64,000 nucleotides of DNA from Bdellovibrionales bacterium (GTDB lineage Bacteria > Bdellovibrionota > Bdellovibrionia > Bdellovibrionales > JAUICD01): NCBI GenBank assembly GCA_965262715.1, contig OZ253553.1:768001-832000 (forward strand). The letters are read 5' to 3'. Both the position numbers and the translations under genes were made by a program. This document shows positions 31,663 to 41,393 of this stretch, piece by piece. How positions within the stretch are numbered: the first letter of the stretch is position 1; every line of letters starts with the position of its first letter. The notes beneath the pieces were generated by a model. That model made no database searches, was not told the DNA's origin, and worked only from the letters and a program-made list of their open reading frames with translations.

Positions 31663-32124
31663 TTATCTTTTAGAATCTCTTATAATATTTTGAAAAAAGT
31701 TTTTTAGGATTTGAGAGCACTCTTGTTCCATCACATTTGTAATCACATGTGGTCTATGATTAAGCCGAGGATCACTTAAGGTTTGATAAAGAGAAATAAC
31801 AGCACCTGCTTTAGGATCTAAGGCTCCAATAACAACTTTTGGAATGCGTGATTGCAGGATAGCACCAGCACACATCAAACAAGGTTCTAGTGTGACATAG
31901 AGCGTGCAGCCTTCAAGTCGCCAATTTGAGAGTTTTTGTGAGGCTATCTGAATGGCCAATATTTCAGCGTGTGCTGTAGGTGAATTGGATATTTCTTTGA
32001 TATTATGAGTTTCTGCTAAGATGTCTTTTCTTTTAGCAATCACAGCTCCTACAGGAACTTCTTTTTTTTCAAAAGCTTTTTGAGCTTGAATAAGAGCTAA
32101 TCTCATGCCTTCTTTATCTTGCAT
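31663..32124 (-). CDS. tadA: tRNA adenosine(34) deaminase (not the Tad pilus ATPase)
   Basis: EVPVGAV, PTAHAE, WRL, YVTLEPCLMCAGA, DPKAGA, LNH. Confidence 0.95.
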   Translation of the reverse strand: MQDKEGMRLALIQAQKAFEKKEVPVGAVIAKRKDILAETHNIKEISNSPTAHAEILAIQIASQKLSNWRLEGCTLYVTLEPCLMCAGAILQSRIPKVVIGALDPKAGAVISLYQTLSDPRLNHRPHVITNVMEQECSQILKNFFQNIIRDSKR

Positions 32125-32127
32125 TAT

Positions 32128-35100
32128 CTATCTATTAAGGTTCAATATACTTCCTGGACTTGATGGTTCATTTTCAGGAGATATGGGTTGTTGTTCGCCA
32201 GTATTATCCATCTGTCTTTCATTTTCTTGTCTCTCATATCTATCTGCCTGCGATTCCACGACTACACGGATATCATTATTTTCCACAATAAGTCTGGTAC
32301 GAAGGCCTGATGGAAAAAAACCATCTTCATCAGTATAGGCATTAAGTTGCCTTTGTCTTTCAACATTCAACATCTGGACATAACCACGGATACCCCTAGC
32401 TCCTTCATTATTTGCTGCTATTATTTCATAAACTTCATTGGCTTCAACAGTCCAGTTTCTATTTGCAATCATCAAACTTGCAATTTCAGTTAATTGAGCT
32501 TTAGTTAATTCTGGTATATAGAAAGCTTTTTCGACCTGTACACGATCTTGGAAAGATTGTGGAGTATTTTCTTCTAACCACTTTATCGTAGTTTCTTTTG
32601 AGTTTGCCTGCATTTTAGATGGATCAAGTTTATTAACTGGATTAAAATCGAAAATCCAATGAGTTTGTTCAAATGATACAACACGTCCTTTTTCATCTGT
32701 TATTTTTCCATACTCGAGAATGCTTTCAAGAAGTTCTATTATGTTTGGCTTTAATCTATGAAATTCATTGACATAAATGATTGCATTAGGATATGCGCTA
32801 ACATATCCGGTTAATGATTCTTTATCTACACGAGAGTCTTCTGATCTGCCTGGAATAGTTGGTTCTCCTAGTATTTTTGTTGAGTTAGTTTGATTATTAG
32901 CATCTATATGAAAATAAGGCTTATCTAAATGAGGGAAAAGCCATCTTGCAATAGCTTCTATAAGTATAGTCTTTCCAGTACCAGGAGGGCCCCCTAAAAT
33001 TGTGATACTATAAGGACGAGCATTATCATCTCCTCCACTAGGTTTATTGGAGGAGAGTAAAATGCGTTCTAATATATCCATAATTAAACTGTTGTCTTGT
33101 ACAACTGTTTTCCTAACATGTTCTAAAGCACCTCTGGTATCTCTATAAATTGAACTGCCATTATATCCCACCGTTCCTTCTTTATCCCTCCTTTCTATAA
33201 TAATGGGCTGATTATTTAAAAAGCTTCTACTAATAATGGCATATAGTTCATTTTCTGATATTGTAATGTCTGATTGTCCATTCTGTCTTTTATTTTCCTT
33301 TAGTGTTTGAACTTCTTGAAAAACTATATCTGTTGTTGTCTGTAAATCTTTAAAGTAAGTTAATCTATGAGTGTTATATGTTTGATATAGATATAAAATT
33401 CCCTTAATGATCATTGCTTTTTCAATATTACTAATATTATTGTCATTATTCATTTCAATTCTTCTTTCAACCATAAATTCAAGAACCTTACCTATACCTT
33501 CCATATTAGGAGGGCTTTTTATAACTTCTCTAAAGAGCGTTCCAAGCGAGCTATCTTTGAATGCTCTATGTGTTGCTGGCTCTGTATATCCTAATATTTT
33601 TAATTGTCCTGGATATTGCTCTATAAGCCTTATTAATCCATCTCTCATCTGAGTGCCACTATCACCTTCTGTTTTTCCAAAATTCAATAAAGTGTTAAGA
33701 GGAGTATGAGAGATATGTAGTATAATCATAGCGTCTCTGTTATTAGATAATGCGTTCTCTATAGATTCTATAAATTGTTCTGTGTTTTTAGAGATAACAC
33801 CTACATACCTTGTTTCTCCTTCTGTCATAATCTTAGATGGGTCAAAATGAAAAACATAAATATTGACTGTGTTAGAAGTTGTTTGTTCCTCTGCATTAGG
33901 GGTTTCTTGTTCATCTTTCCTGTTTTCTCTTTGTCGGTGTTGTAATTCTATACTTTCAATACGGTGAGCTTGTGTTTGTTGTACTTCTCTCATCACGAGA
34001 GAACCTAGAGAGTGACGACCAGAGCCTATATCTCCAGTAATAACAATGCTATGAGAATTTATAGGGTTTATCAAGTCAGTAGCTAGTTTTTTATATAATG
34101 AAGGATCTAAAGGATAAAGATTTACTGATTGTGTTTCTGTTGGCCGGCTTGTGAAAGGAATATTTATTTCTGATGTTGTATTTTGTCTTTCTCTATTGGA
34201 AAAGAATGGAGGACGTGATACGTTTGAAGGGTACTCACTTGTTGTGATACCATCTTTTTGATCTTCTGATCTACTTATTTCAATGCCTTTATAAAAAGCA
34301 TTTTCTACCTCTTGTTGCTGCCTAGTGGAAAGATCATTAGAGAAATATTCTTTAAGCCACTGTATTCCAGTAGCATCTTTTGGAATACCTGCAAATATAT
34401 TTTGAAGACCAAGTCTAGAGATGCTTTGATTATTAATCATCGTGGTTAATGCTAAAAGAATATGTTCTGGGCTAATATATCGATTTACAAAGGATGGATT
34501 GCCGTTTTCTTGTCTATACTTAGCTTCTTTATTTTTTGCCTCTACAGCCGATATAAGTATACCTCTAGTTGCTGGTCCCCACTCTACATTTCCCCAGTTG
34601 ATAGAGTTGAAAGAATTATAACCACCCTCATGCAGTCTAAAAGTTACCCCTCCATCTTGCATAGTTTCTATTTCGAAAAGTTTTTCTCCGTCTGAAGATC
34701 TCACTGTCGTAACATTTGAAATTTCTTGAACGCTATCACTTCTTGTAATTAGGTTTTGATAACCTTCTAAAATTTTTTTAAAAAAGCTCTTAAAAAAATC
34801 TTTATGTGTATTTCTGGATACCCTGGAAAAAGTACCACCGGTATAATTATTATTTGGATTTGGGTTATGCGAGTTAGCTTGACCAACTTGATCAAAGAGA
34901 ACTTCTATTTCACCATTTTCTTTAACCCTTTCAACTTTTGCCATATGGGCAAGTAAGAAACTTTCTGGAGTTACAGTAATTCTTAAAGAGGTATCTCCAT
35001 TAGTTAGTTTTAATAGAGCTGCTATTCTAACAGCGAAATCGCTGACATCTTTTCCCTGTAATGTTTGTTCTAGGAAAAATGAGTGAGCCTTTTCAGAATG

Positions 35101-35217
35101 AGGATTATTAGAGCATATTCCTATTGCTTGATTTGGTAATAGAAAGGCGAATGCTATAATGATCCCAGCATTTAAAAGAAAATATATCTGAAATAAAGAA
35201 GATAAATTAATTCTCAT
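32128..35217 (-). CDS. Divergent Clp/Hsp100-like AAA+ protein with N-terminal signal-like segment
   Basis: Hydrophobic N-terminus; ClpN-like ISPEHILLAL; degenerate NBD1 (GDIGSGRH, ETRYVG); NBD2 GPPGTGKT, IIYVNEF, GKITDEKGRVVSF, EGARGIR; start uncertain (35217-35295). Confidence 0.7.
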   Translation of the reverse strand: MRINLSSLFQIYFLLNAGIIIAFAFLLPNQAIGICSNNPHSEKAHSFFLEQTLQGKDVSDFAVRIAALLKLTNGDTSLRITVTPESFLLAHMAKVERVKENGEIEVLFDQVGQANSHNPNPNNNYTGGTFSRVSRNTHKDFFKSFFKKILEGYQNLITRSDSVQEISNVTTVRSSDGEKLFEIETMQDGGVTFRLHEGGYNSFNSINWGNVEWGPATRGILISAVEAKNKEAKYRQENGNPSFVNRYISPEHILLALTTMINNQSISRLGLQNIFAGIPKDATGIQWLKEYFSNDLSTRQQQEVENAFYKGIEISRSEDQKDGITTSEYPSNVSRPPFFSNRERQNTTSEINIPFTSRPTETQSVNLYPLDPSLYKKLATDLINPINSHSIVITGDIGSGRHSLGSLVMREVQQTQAHRIESIELQHRQRENRKDEQETPNAEEQTTSNTVNIYVFHFDPSKIMTEGETRYVGVISKNTEQFIESIENALSNNRDAMIILHISHTPLNTLLNFGKTEGDSGTQMRDGLIRLIEQYPGQLKILGYTEPATHRAFKDSSLGTLFREVIKSPPNMEGIGKVLEFMVERRIEMNNDNNISNIEKAMIIKGILYLYQTYNTHRLTYFKDLQTTTDIVFQEVQTLKENKRQNGQSDITISENELYAIISRSFLNNQPIIIERRDKEGTVGYNGSSIYRDTRGALEHVRKTVVQDNSLIMDILERILLSSNKPSGGDDNARPYSITILGGPPGTGKTILIEAIARWLFPHLDKPYFHIDANNQTNSTKILGEPTIPGRSEDSRVDKESLTGYVSAYPNAIIYVNEFHRLKPNIIELLESILEYGKITDEKGRVVSFEQTHWIFDFNPVNKLDPSKMQANSKETTIKWLEENTPQSFQDRVQVEKAFYIPELTKAQLTEIASLMIANRNWTVEANEVYEIIAANNEGARGIRGYVQMLNVERQRQLNAYTDEDGFFPSGLRTRLIVENNDIRVVVESQADRYERQENERQMDNTGEQQPISPENEPSSPGSILNLNR

Positions 35218-35612
35218 GATTATCTTGTATAACATAACTTGTTCATTTCTGATAGTGTAAAAGGCAATAAACATAACATTTTGTAAAAATAACAAAAGAC
35301 TGTGAAATTTTTACATGGTTAGCTGTTTTTCCAAAGATGGCTTTGCCTCTGATGATTTTCACTATCAGAAAATAGGTAATGCTTAGAAAAAATAGTCATT
35401 TTTGGGAGAAAGATACTCTCTGTTTTTTTACACAATGATACCATGTTTTATGATTTCAAACACAGCCTACTGACTGCTTTGACTGCCGGATTCCAGAACA
35501 AGGAAGGCCTAATTAGTTATAGGTTAAATTATAAGATTGATAATCTTAAAAAGAGTAAAAAAAATTAATCGTAAAAGTTAACTGCTTAAGATATTACGAA
35601 CCGATTTATTAC

Positions 35613-37127
35613 TTATGGTATCTCTTTTTGACAATCTACTGTTACGCCGTCAGCAGTACCTATACATTGCCATCTGTAATGAGTGTCTGTGTCTTCCAAA
35701 GCTGAATCATCAGCAGTTCCATAAACACAGCTATTTCTTATAGAGTTATCACAAATACCATTTCTTGCTCCTGCTGCTGATATTTCTATTTGACAATCTA
35801 TTGCAGTACTTCCACCACTTGATCCCTCACAATGCCATCTATAATGTGTGTTTGTATCTGCTATGATATTGTCATTAGCTACTCCAGAGGCACAGCCATT
35901 TTGGACAGAGTTATCGCAAGAACCATTGATAAGAACTCTTCCGGAATCATCTTCTTCAGATTGACATATATGATGACTTTGCCTTTCAGTATCAAGTCCA
36001 AGATAGCAATAATTACCATCTTGTGGGCAGTAATTATAATATGTTTGGGAGACTTCTTGTGAACCTGCTTCATCCGAAGCAGAAAGATTGATTGTTTCTT
36101 CAATACAATCAGAGCTTGAATCTAGGCTGATATTTATCAGATCGTCATGACAGGTAAAATCAGTTTTATCGTCTTCATCAATTTGATATTTGCAGGTATA
36201 GCCATGCAGAACCTCTATTTGTAGATACTGACTAGTGGCTCTTCTGTATTTATAAATATCATTATTTTCTAATGAAGTGGCTATTTCATCTGTGCCATCA
36301 GTGAGAATAACAGGATTGAAATGAGGATTTAAGCTAGAAGTTACATTAAAGTTTTGTCTTCTATATGTAAGGCATTCACTTTTTGACGGATCAGAACTTG
36401 TCGCAGAAGATTCAATCACTAACGCTCCTTCATTTTCATCAAATGAAAGTTCAATTGTATTTGCAGTTTCTTCTACAATATCCCCAGATGGAAAAGTGAC
36501 TTTCCATTTGGTAGAAGAAAAATTATCACTATCTTTTAAACTAAAAGTAGCAGAACTATCAGCTGTTAAAGAACCTGATAGGAGTTCTATTTCTAAGATA
36601 TCAGTAAGGTCGCAAGAGTCGCCGGCAACAAAGCGTTTACTCGCTGAATTTAAAAGTGTTTCATTTTGATAAGATTCAGTAAAAACATCATAAGCTCCTG
36701 ATTGAGAAAATGTTGTTTCATATGTATCTAAAGTGACAGGATCATTTGTCACAATAGATTCGAAACCTCTCGTTATTGTCCATTTGTAACTATCAGAATT
36801 AGAATGGGCATTTATAAATTTGAATTTTGTTTTAGAATCAATAGAAATGAGGCTGTCTTCTACCACATCTTCAGTTGCAATATCTATCTGAACAATATAA
36901 CCATGGCCTTGATCATAGGTTATAGGTTCAGAAGGTTCCTTATCAGTCTCCATAAATTCTGATGGGGAGGTATTGAGGTCATTTTTCCTGCAACCTTGAT
37001 AGGTCATAAGCAAAAAAGGGAGAGTAAAAATTGTGATGTAAACACAAAATTGACTGTTTGGCATTTTTTTTACAGCAAAGACAATATCTTGTAATTTATT
37101 TTGATAAAAAGTTTTTAATTTTTTCAA
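35613..37127 (-). CDS. Acidic Cys-rich surface lipoprotein-like protein with a PKD-like domain and two C-terminal Cys repeats
   Basis: Hydrophobic stretch ending MTYQGC; SYKWTI...TFSQSGAYDV; two NG.CDNS..N.C..G.A.D....DT.THYRW.C.G repeats; start uncertain. Confidence 0.6.
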   Translation of the reverse strand: MKKLKTFYQNKLQDIVFAVKKMPNSQFCVYITIFTLPFLLMTYQGCRKNDLNTSPSEFMETDKEPSEPITYDQGHGYIVQIDIATEDVVEDSLISIDSKTKFKFINAHSNSDSYKWTITRGFESIVTNDPVTLDTYETTFSQSGAYDVFTESYQNETLLNSASKRFVAGDSCDLTDILEIELLSGSLTADSSATFSLKDSDNFSSTKWKVTFPSGDIVEETANTIELSFDENEGALVIESSATSSDPSKSECLTYRRQNFNVTSSLNPHFNPVILTDGTDEIATSLENNDIYKYRRATSQYLQIEVLHGYTCKYQIDEDDKTDFTCHDDLINISLDSSSDCIEETINLSASDEAGSQEVSQTYYNYCPQDGNYCYLGLDTERQSHHICQSEEDDSGRVLINGSCDNSVQNGCASGVANDNIIADTNTHYRWHCEGSSGGSTAIDCQIEISAAGARNGICDNSIRNSCVYGTADDSALEDTDTHYRWQCIGTADGVTVDCQKEIP

Positions 37128-37715
37128 AATAACTCCTTTTTATTTTTTTTCGACTTAAATATAGTTATTAAGTTATATTAATAGTCCATCATAATAATAA
37201 GTGTATAAATAAGGTTCGGTTGGAACTTCTTATAACATGAGAGAAAAATTGGATTTTATTGATAATTTTTCTTTAATTTGGAACATATTTAAGAAATTTG
37301 AACTTTAAACTAAAATAATCTATATTATAACTCTTAAAATGATTCAAATTGAGATAATAGAAAGTTTTTTATAAAAATACTTGATTTTTTTAAAAAGTAA
37401 GGTTACTATATTAATATAAAGCAAAGGTTAATATTATAATTAATTTCTGTACGTATCCTCCTAAGGCTTTCCGCCTTTTAAATAGCACGTCAAAAATACT
37501 TTCTTTTGTGTGTAAAAGCTCACTTAAAAATATGGTGTGATTTGTGTATGACTTTATCACCTAATCATATAAGTAAAGAGAGTTTTATGTAAAGGGATTG
37601 TTGGGTCTATTTAAGTAAACAGAAGATACAAACAAAAAGACTCTGGCAATATGGTTTAGGTATTTATTAATAGCTGCTCATAGGGCAGTTTAATCTAAAG
37701 TGTAAGGAGTTTATC

Positions 37716-37919
37716 ATGTTAAAGAAGTTAAATAAAAAGGTTAAAAACTTAGCTGTAAGAATTTGGAAAGATGAGTCAGCACAAGGTATGACAGAATATA
37801 TATTATTAGTTGTTGCTTTAGTTGTTGTTTTAACATTTTTTAAAGGTCAATTCGACTCAACAATTCGAGATGCAATAACTGGAATGACTGACAAAATCAA
37901 TGTTTTCATAGGTGGTTAA
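37716..37919 (+). CDS. flp: Flp/Fap type IVc pilin
   Basis: 67 aa; KDESAQGMTEYILLV prepilin motif followed by a hydrophobic helix; AAGGAG RBS. Confidence 0.88.
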   Translation: MLKKLNKKVKNLAVRIWKDESAQGMTEYILLVVALVVVLTFFKGQFDSTIRDAITGMTDKINVFIGG

Positions 37920-38027
37920 GGTTTAGATTTATCATCTCAGCTTATGAAACATAAAAACAACTTGAATTTACTCATATCATAAAGATTCAATTTGATACAT
38001 CAAAGGTCATGCATATCACAGATTTGG

Positions 38028-38060
38028 AAAGGCAAAGCAGGTAAGCTTTGCCTTTTTTTT
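38028..38060 (+). terminator. Rho-independent terminator after flp
   Basis: AAAGGCAAAGC-aggtaa-GCTTTGCCTTT followed by a T run. Confidence 0.8.
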
Positions 38061-38401
38061 ATAGATTTAATATCGTTTTACTTAAAAGACCGAATTGAAA
38101 TCTTTGATCTATCCAAAATTAATATTGGTTCATGACACTTTAAAGTGATTCTTAAGGGTATTAACTTATTGTTATAATTATGAAAAGGAGGTATTTTGTC
38201 CGTTCCCAATTTTCTTAAGGTGAATTTTAGAGAAATTAAGAGTTCAAGTGTTCTGGCATAACTTATAAAGATAAGCACCTAGCTTATTAGTTTCTTTTAT
38301 GATGGTCTGTACCCCATAAACTGGAGAGTTAAGTGATAAAGTAACTCACTTGAGATTCCTGAATTTTAGCTATAAAAAGCTATAAGATCAGGAGGAAGAT
38401 C

Positions 38402-38752
38402 ATGGGCAAAGTAAGAAGACGATTTAATGTTGAATTTAAGGAAGCTATTTGTAAATCGATGCATGAAGGCAGATCTTTGTTAGAGATTTGCCGGGAGCAT
38501 CAACTTCATCGCCAAACAGTCTTAGAGTGGTTTAAGAAGTATCAACAAGGGACACCTTTGGGAAACCCTTCATCAAGGGAGAGATCTCTAGAGAGACAAA
38601 TATATGCTCTTCAGGCAAAGGTAGGACAGCTCAGCTTAGAAAACGAGTTTTTAAAAAAAGCCAAAAAGGAGCTTCAACAGAGGAAAAGCGTAGGATCGTC
38701 GGTAATCACTGGAAAGAATTTGGATCAATTTCAAAAACGTGTAAAGCGTTAG
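38402..38752 (+). CDS. IS3 transposase OrfA
   Basis: RRRFNVEFK HTH, W..KY, KVGQLSLENEFLKKA. Confidence 0.9.
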   Translation: MGKVRRRFNVEFKEAICKSMHEGRSLLEICREHQLHRQTVLEWFKKYQQGTPLGNPSSRERSLERQIYALQAKVGQLSLENEFLKKAKKELQQRKSVGSSVITGKNLDQFQKRVKR

Positions 38753-38823
38753 GGTTACCTTTAAGTAGCTACTATTACAAGAGAAAGATTTCACAGCAAG
38801 AGCGAGAGCAAAGGGATTTTGAT

Positions 38824-39606
38824 TTGAAAGAGCAGATTGAGAGGATACAGTGTAAATACCCGATGTATGGAATACGTCGTATTCAATTGGAACTTGAGCA
38901 AGAGAAGAGTATTAAAGCCAACCACAAGAGGATTGCTCGCATTATGCGGAAATACGGTTTAAAGGCTTTGATTTACAAAGGTTTTAAGGTTTCAACCACG
39001 GATTCTAAACATTCAAATCGAGTTTATCCGAATTTAACTTTTGGCATTGAAGTGAATAGACCCAACCAGCTTTGGGTAACAGATATCACATACATTAGGA
39101 TTCAAGATGGTTTTGTTTTTTTAGCAGTGATTTTAGATATTTTTTCAAGGAAGATTGTAGGGTGGGCTATTTCTAGAGAGATCAACACAGAGCTTTGTTT
39201 AGGAGCTTTAGAGATGAGTTTAGAGCAGAGATCAGATACTAAAGGATGTATTCATCATAGTGATCAAGGTGTGCAATACACCAGTAAAGATTATACCTAC
39301 AAGCTTAAAGAAAAAGGCTTTAAGATCAGTATGTCGAGAAAAGCCAATTGTTGGGATAATGCATTTGTTGAATCTTTCTTTAGCTCTTTAAAACGAGAAG
39401 AGGTTCATCTGTGTGAATATAAAACTTTTGAAGATGTATTAAGAAGTATTCCAAAGTTTATCGAAGGTATGTATAATAAAAAAAGGCGACATTCTTCATT
39501 AGGTTACTTATCACCTAATGAATTTGAAGCTAAATGGAAAACAGGAGAATTAACAACAATGGGAATCTCAGCAGTGAGTAAAATATGGAACGGATCCTCC
39601 AAATAA
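38824..39606 (+). CDS. IS3 transposase OrfB (DDE)
   Basis: YGIRR, WVTDITYI, HHSDQGVQY, DNAFVESFF..LKRE, RRHSSLGY.SP. Confidence 0.95.
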   Translation: MKEQIERIQCKYPMYGIRRIQLELEQEKSIKANHKRIARIMRKYGLKALIYKGFKVSTTDSKHSNRVYPNLTFGIEVNRPNQLWVTDITYIRIQDGFVFLAVILDIFSRKIVGWAISREINTELCLGALEMSLEQRSDTKGCIHHSDQGVQYTSKDYTYKLKEKGFKISMSRKANCWDNAFVESFFSSLKREEVHLCEYKTFEDVLRSIPKFIEGMYNKKRRHSSLGYLSPNEFEAKWKTGELTTMGISAVSKIWNGSSK

Positions 39607-39848
39607 AGGGTACACCTCACTTCCTACTTGAATCCACCTAATAACAATGGGTTACTTTTTATTTTTATCTTCCATATCTAAAAAATCAAAACAACCTGCT
39701 TTTAATAAGTTATCTAAAGCTTCTTTAGCATTACTGAATATCTCCTTATCATTACTTTTTAAGTCAACTCCTAAGCAGTTTTTATTTTATTTAAAGGCAC
39801 CAAGCTCCTTCTGTTGCTTCTAATACAACAAATTTTTTAAATGCATCT

Positions 39849-40400
39849 TTATTTTATAAATTTATCTAAAAATGTTTTTGCCTTCTTCTTTAAAACATTT
39901 GTGCTTTTGTTAAGGAGTTGATCTCTAGCTTTTGGAACATCACCTCTTAGAGCGTTTTCAATAATTGTCTTTCGTTTTTTAGGCTCAAATTGATTGCGAT
40001 GGATTTTTTCTTTTATTTTACTTAACTTTTCTATTTTACAATTTAAGATACATTGAAGATCTTGTGTTTTATATAAAGCAAAATCTTTTCCATTACAAAC
40101 GACAAAAAGAGTAATATTTAAATTCAAAGCATAAGATCTTGCTTGGGCCATTATTTTTTTGTTTGAGATATTTTTAGTAGAGTCTTTAGCCTCAATGACA
40201 AATCTTTTTTTTCTATTAACCAATATAACATAATCAGCAAAGCATTTTTTGGGATCTCCACGACCAGCCTGAATATCTACTGGAAATTCTCTTTGAATAT
40301 TACTATCTTTATAGCCTAATTTTTTTAAGATTGCGTCAATCTTTACTCTTACATCTGCTTCTTTCATAATTCCCTCATCATCTAATATAATATCCTTCAA
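39849..40400 (-). CDS. Stand-alone type I restriction enzyme HsdR N-terminal-like PD-(D/E)xK nuclease
   Basis: EADVR, LGY, QREF, ADYV, VIEAK, QARSYA, VCNG; no helicase domain; TTG start. Confidence 0.8.
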   Translation of the reverse strand: MKDIILDDEGIMKEADVRVKIDAILKKLGYKDSNIQREFPVDIQAGRGDPKKCFADYVILVNRKKRFVIEAKDSTKNISNKKIMAQARSYALNLNITLFVVCNGKDFALYKTQDLQCILNCKIEKLSKIKEKIHRNQFEPKKRKTIIENALRGDVPKARDQLLNKSTNVLKKKAKTFLDKFIK

Positions 40401-40410
40401 ATATAATAGT

Positions 40411-40647
40411 CGTACCTATGGCAAGAAAAAGATGAATAGTCAAACAGTGGATCACAAAAAAGAGTTAAAAACCATTGAGACCATCAAAAACCTTTATATT
40501 AAAGGCATCAATCCAAATACTATAGCTAAGGTATTAAGCACTATGAAAATACCTACTAAACAGCATAAAAAAGAGTGGCATCATCACACAATTATCAATC
40601 TTCTTAAAAGAGAAAATCTTTACAAACAAGTAAAATCAACAGCTTAG
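40411..40647 (+). pseudogene. C-terminal recombinase-domain remnant of a serine recombinase
   Basis: RTYG immediately upstream in frame; E..TI..I..L...G...IA..L....IPTK....W....I..LLKRE pattern; catalytic N-terminal domain absent. Confidence 0.6.
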
Positions 40648-40656
40648 GAGGAAATC

Positions 40657-40830
40657 ATGGAAACATTCATTAAAATTATTATAAATACATCATTGTTATT
40701 TGGATCAGGTTATTGTGCTAAAAAGCTTTTATTTGATGTTGAAAAAATGGCTACTAACAGGATAGGAAAAGGACTTTCACCATCAGAAAGCTTTGCGAGA
40801 AAACTCACTGACACAAAGTTATCTTTCTAA
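40657..40830 (+). CDS. Small hypothetical protein (57 aa, hydrophobic N-terminus)
   Basis: AGGAGG RBS; METFIKIIINTSLLFGSGYCAKKLLFDVEKMATNRIGKGLSPSESFARKLTDTKLSF; below the ORF-track cutoff. Confidence 0.55.
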   Translation: METFIKIIINTSLLFGSGYCAKKLLFDVEKMATNRIGKGLSPSESFARKLTDTKLSF

Positions 40831-41087
40831 TGATTTAAAGAACAAAGGCACTAATATCATAATATCATGAGTAATATAATAAATTTTGTTTTTTATTACT
40901 TTTTTATAAGAAGTTCTATTGACTCTAAAAAAAAGTTACCAATATATATTATATATTGAAGTCCATAGCTTTTAAGGAAAGTGAATTTTCCCAAAAAAGA
41001 CTACTTAACAAAGAAATAATTTGCCGGAATTGGAAAAACTTTGGGAACAATACAAAGCAAAGGTTCTATCTCTAAACTAAACATCCC

Positions 41088-41297
41088 TATAGAATCCTAT
41101 CCCCTGATGGTAGGAACGAGAAGGCTCTATACACTAGCACTCCTTAAATCCCTCTCAGAAAGAATAAAGAGGACATAGGAAAAGGATTTGACCTCATTGT
41201 TGAGACAAATACACGAGGAATCATTGCTGCAGGACTTGTTGCTGGGTTAGAGATTGAAAAGATGATGGAGATTTATAGAGATAAAGGTAGAAGAATA
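41088..41297 (+). pseudogene. Eroded patatin-like phospholipase N-terminal remnant
   Basis: YRILSPDG (cf. ILSLDGGG) and FDLIVETNTRGIIAAGL...MMEIYRDKGRRI (cf. FDLIxGTSTGGIIA); stops and frameshifts present. Confidence 0.6.
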
Positions 41298-41393
41298 AAG
41301 GATTGGAGTTTTGGAGTTCGCCCTTTAGAATTTTCCATGAATGCTCAATTTCTCAGATTCAATTTTATGTGTGATTTTTAGCAAAAAAACTAG

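Larger units (their letters stand above)
38303..39619 (+). mobile_element. IS3-family insertion sequence, apparently intact
   Basis: Ends TGGTCTGTACCCCATAAACTGGAG and CTCCAAATAAAGGGTACACCTCA (TG...CA); orfA/orfB with A7G slippery site at 38653-38660. Confidence 0.93.

Noticed and set aside
31663..32124. Tad pilus ATPase TadA
   Set aside because: Name coincidence only; HAE and PCxxC motifs identify the tRNA adenosine deaminase
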